Shown piece after piece: positions 61,514 through 64,000 of a stretch of 64,000 bases of DNA (position 1 is the first letter of the stretch; each line of letters opens with the position of its first letter). The stretch is from contig CM120642.1 of NCBI GenBank assembly GCA_051362555.1, positions 6,448,001 through 6,512,000 on the forward strand. Reading direction: 5' to 3'. The notes under the pieces are model-generated. The model ran no database searches and was not told where the DNA came from. It was given only the letters and a program-made list of their open reading frames with translations. A program made the translations under genes and the position numbers. The stretch comes from Lingula anatina (lineage: Eukaryota > Animalia > Brachiopoda).

Positions 61514-64000
61514 GTTCATGCTCATTAACACAGAGCATATTATGATAGTAAGTTTAATGATAATAATAATAATAATTAAATATTTGATAAAAATGCAAAC
61601 AGGTTGTTGAAATTAAACAGCTATACACTCTCTCCCTCAGTCATACTTACTTCTCTGGAATGAAGGAGCATAGAGCAATAAGTATTGTGTTAACGCCAGC
61701 CAAACGTTGGGCACCGAACCACTCGTCATCTCGCCAGTGCAAAATTTGTTCCTGTAGTAATCAACAGAGACGGAACATAAATCGGCATTCATTTTAATGC
61801 TACGATACAGCCAAGTACTTACAATATGTACTGCACTACATGTTACTCGTGTTACTCGTGTGATAATCCACGGTTACATGTATATAGAATGGGGCGTAAA
61901 TTTTCATAAAGATGAAAGAATAATTTTGCATGACACAGTGTGAACTTTTTGTGATGCCTCATATGGTACAAGTTAAGTCATAATAAAATATCTAATTATA
62001 ATAGACAAATGTGTTTATGCATGTATATTACTTGATAGTTATCTCCAAAATAAAAAAAAATGGGATACAAAACATAAAATAAGTCCAACTTAAAATGATT
62101 TAATTATGGTTAAGATATTAATATGATGAGACGAAAATGGAAGAGTCAAATGCCGTATTGCAGGCAAAAAGATCTTTGTCACTTGAATTATCATTTCTCT
62201 CTCTCTCTCTCAAAAAAAAAAAAAATCTTGTGAAATGTCTTTTCCTAGGTATAGTCTAAAACTTTCGCAAATGTAGAACATGTTTTTCTGTCCCGGAGTG
62301 TCCGATTTTGTGGCAGTCTGCGGTATGTGACTTACACTCGGTTTTCCAATGGTGTCGGAGTACAAGGCATAGATATCGTCAAAACTGTCCCATTCTCCAG
62401 ACAGCGTCATCAGACCGGTTAAACCTGCCTGACGACTCAATGTTTTCTTCCGGGATTCTATGTCCCACTGCAATCGAGAAATTATACCATCAAGAGCACA
62501 CATCCCTTCCATAAATAGATAAACAAGCTAAAAGACAAACAAATGGATTGAAATACAAACAAACAAATATAATATAACATTAACACAAATATAGATTCAA
62601 CTGAGTACTATAAAAAGCACAATTTTTCCCAATTGGTTTAATCAGTAATTAATCGGACATCAAAATAACATGTTCGTCTCCATCACAATTACATGTACTT
62701 TTTGCTCCGTCAACCGTAAGTAACATATAATCAGTCATGTTTGTCTCCTTGTTAAGCCATGTGTATCTCGACCTGGATCTTGTGGTCGTCCGAGGGGTCC
62801 TTTTGGACTTCCAGCACTTTCTCAAGCACCGAGTGACCACCAGGCAAAACCGACATGTCCGCCAAACTGCTGGGGAAATAGCTCAACCGCAGCGGATCTT
62901 AGGACAAAGTAGACTAAAATTTTGTTTCCAAAATTTAGACCAATTTTTTGGACTAAAGTCCTTTTGTGAAACAGCTCAACCGCAGCAGGTGGATTCTGGT
63001 TTTCCCCATGAAGATTTTTCCTTTTTTGCTGGTAAGGGTGGTGTGATACTCACACCACGTGCGTGTTTGAGAGTTAAATTAAATTGTTTATATGCAAATG
63101 ATAATAACCAAGAAGGTTATAATTCCTTTTTTTTCTATCTGAAATGAAATTGGAGGCACGATCAAAACACGGTTTCTCCTCTTTCTATCTTGACAAAATA
63201 TATATAAGTTATATATATTTAAGGGGGCACGCACTTGCCTTGTAAGCATCCGACATTGCCTCATCAGCTGGCAACTGGTTCACCTGAACATTGAGAAGTT
63301 ATTCAAAAGAGTAAATGGAATTATGAAAGAAAGCATAGAAATAAACAATATTAAAACTGATAGTGTATTGGTAGATAATGAAATTATAAAGTAAGACAAA
63401 ATGTTAAAAAATATCTACAGAGTGAATTCGTTCACCTGCAGTCTGTCAACAGGCAGCTTGCTATGTTACAACTATAAAACTGTGGTGTGCAATGCATAAA
63501 AACCATACATGTCATAACATAATTCTAAAGTTTAAATGGAGTTATAAAAAAGTCGTTAAAGTATTTCTATTTCTGTTACTACGGCCATGCCAACGGGGAG
63601 CGTATCATTAAACACGTGATAAAATCCGCGTCTCGGATCAACAGAGAAAAATATGTACTGAGATATATAATAAAAAAGGAAGATGATATCATCTAGGTGA
63701 CGATGCCTTTTATATTTTTCTCAGGAGGCAGGGCTTGTAAACGTTAATGCTCAGTTCAATCGTTACATGAGGCCTGTACACGAATCGTCTGCCCTTAGTA
63801 TTATGCGACGATTGCCGGTTGCGAATAATAACCGCCAATTAGTGATTTTGATCTCCGAATTAATGACTCTAACCGCGATTTCATGGTATAGTCGCGAACA
63901 ATATTGGCGTTTATCTATAGATTTCATGCTGTTTACAAAAAGGGTTATTTTCTTCACCACGTCAGTGATGACTTTACCTGTACTGGGAGGCCCGATGCTT
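29227..64000 (-). CDS. Lipoxygenase (arachidonate LOX / AOS-LOX-type LOX domain); 15 exons visible, N-terminus beyond the window end
   Basis: Exons >64000-63978, 63283-63239, 62467-62336, 61751-61651, 61078-60946, 54817-54722, 33713-33617, 33123-33006, 32627-32535, 32154-32094, 31305-31200, 30787-30696, 30297-30124, 29806-29643 and 29341-29227 join in phase (about 515 aa). Motifs: [64 protein letters not shown] and C-terminal IPNSISI*. The iron ligands (3 His, Asn, C-terminal Ile) are intact. Confidence 0.95.
30430..30607 (+). mobile_element. Degenerate Helentron/HINE-like element remnant
   Basis: GTCTGTTTGTTTG microsatellite and a 3' end CCTTGGTAAAGGGTCTGCGCTCTTGGAGTGCTTTCTA resembling the 3' end of the 61153-61384 element. 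Confidence 0.45.
32262..32414. mobile_element. MITE of about 150 bp with TIRs of about 34 bp
   Basis: GGGCTCCGTAACTCGAAAGCATCGCGAATTGCGA pairs with TCGCAATTTGCGATGCTTTCGAGTTACGGAGCCC (one mismatch). Confidence 0.8.
32790..32862. repeat. (ACTAT)n pentanucleotide microsatellite
   Basis: About 14 perfect units, seen directly. Confidence 0.95.
33365..33580. mobile_element. Short non-autonomous element with GGCGGATCCAG-type TIRs and an internal G-run
   Basis: TGACGGATCCAG near 33368 pairs with CTGGATCCGCCA near 33566. Confidence 0.5.
33841..33971. mobile_element. MITE of about 130 bp at the start of each repeat unit (copies near 39942-40072 and 46621-46749)
   Basis: Perfect 16-bp TIR TGATAGATCCAGATAT / ATATCTGGATCTATCA. 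Confidence 0.65.
34543..39137 (+). CDS. GT15-family (Kre2/Mnt1-like) alpha-1,2-mannosyltransferase-like type II membrane protein, copy A, intact, about 508 aa
   Basis: Proposed exon 1 34543-34581 ([13 protein letters not shown]|GTATGT) splices in frame to exon 37650-39137; alternative start at ATG 37659. TM segment [18 protein letters not shown], Gln-rich stem, then GT15 motifs [47 protein letters not shown] and YQH. Confidence 0.9.
35848..36300. mobile_element. Young 453-bp MITE inserted only in repeat unit 1
   Basis: Perfect 30-bp TIR GACCGCATTCTCAACGAATTGAGCCAGGCT and a 3-bp TSD AAA. The empty site TGTGTCAAAGTTAGTCTCG is visible in unit 3 near 49922. Confidence 0.9.
40634..45474 (+). pseudogene. 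GT15 copy B: in-frame 72-bp deletion removing most of the TM anchor, plus a 1-bp frameshift
   Basis: Exon 1 40634-40672 ([13 protein letters not shown]). The acceptor at 44068 is followed directly by CTCGCG (the equivalent of 37650-37721 is missing). GCAACG-TCTAT at 44665/44666 versus GCAACGATCTAT in copy A. The catalytic domain is otherwise open to 45474. Confidence 0.8.
46309..46620. mobile_element. MITE-like element of about 310 bp, rich in GCAGTAG/CTACTGC, at the unit 2/3 junction
   Basis: GCACGAAAATGCAGTAG pairs with CTACTGCGTTTTCTTGC (15/17). Absent at the equivalent site in units 1 and 2. Confidence 0.7.
47345..53907 (+). CDS. GT15-family (Kre2/Mnt1-like) mannosyltransferase-like protein, copy C, intact, about 497 aa
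   Basis: Proposed exon 1 47345-47383 ([13 protein letters not shown]) plus exon 52453-53907; alternative ATG 52462. TM segment [18 protein letters not shown] and the same GT15 motifs as copy A. Confidence 0.9.
49340..50350 (+). mobile_element. AGGTCAAGGTCA-rich interspersed repeat (another copy near 35355-36640; inverted diverged copy near 51520-52142)
   Basis: AACTGGGTAACTTACAAACTTGTG...CAGAGGTCAAGGTCGTGCCTAAATGTCAAGG recurs in unit 1 and as a reverse complement near 51880-52110. Family not determined. Confidence 0.6.
55121..59748 (+). mobile_element. Full-length Ty3/Gypsy LTR retrotransposon (Mag-like), antisense within a lipoxygenase intron
   Basis: LTRs 55121-55281 and 59581-59748 (TG...CA), 5-bp TSD CTCTG (55116-55120 and 59749-59753), PBS TGGCGACAAGG at 55283, and PPT AAGAGGGAGAGA immediately before the 3' LTR. 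Confidence 0.96.
55298..59341 (+). CDS. Gag-Pol polyprotein (Gag-zinc knuckles-PR-RT-RH-IN) in a single frame, with one premature TGA at 55535-55537
   Basis: ORFs 55298-55537 and 55706-59341 are in the same frame and the gap is open apart from the TGA. Motifs: [11 protein letters not shown] / CRKCNKLNH...C, protease LDTGAS, RT SIDDIL, RNase [13 protein letters not shown], integrase HHCC and HVDF/SDNG/AER. Confidence 0.9.
61153..61384 (+). mobile_element. Helentron/HINE (DINE-1-like) non-autonomous element
   Basis: Subterminal inverted repeat ACCTCCGCCAAG (61158-61169) / CTTGGCGGAGGT (61346-61357), (TGTT)n microsatellite near the 5' end, 3' hairpin-like GCGCTCTCTAAGTGC ending in CTAGT, and T-rich flanks. 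Confidence 0.75.

Overview
AT-rich, intron-containing animal DNA, probably from a marine invertebrate (inferred from gene content and repeat types). The supplied ORF track mostly shows exon fragments or microsatellite artefacts, so I built the gene models by hand from splice sites and reading-frame phase. In order along the window: the 5' part of MRPL22 (-), head-to-head with a complete 12-exon FBXO38 (+); an RRM + macrodomain PARP9/14-like gene with no PARP catalytic domain (+); an unannotated 58-aa secreted Tyr/Arg/Gly-rich peptide gene (+) that the ORF track misses; and a lipoxygenase (-, 15 exons visible, 5' end outside the window). One 21-kb lipoxygenase intron is almost completely filled by an antisense tandem array of three GT15 (Kre2/Mnt1-type alpha-1,2-mannosyltransferase-like) genes, two intact and one damaged. 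The adjacent intron holds a near-intact Gypsy LTR retrotransposon. Several MITE-, CACTA- and Helentron-like elements and microsatellites are also present. The best novelty candidates are the nested, diversifying GT15 array and the small secreted peptide gene.
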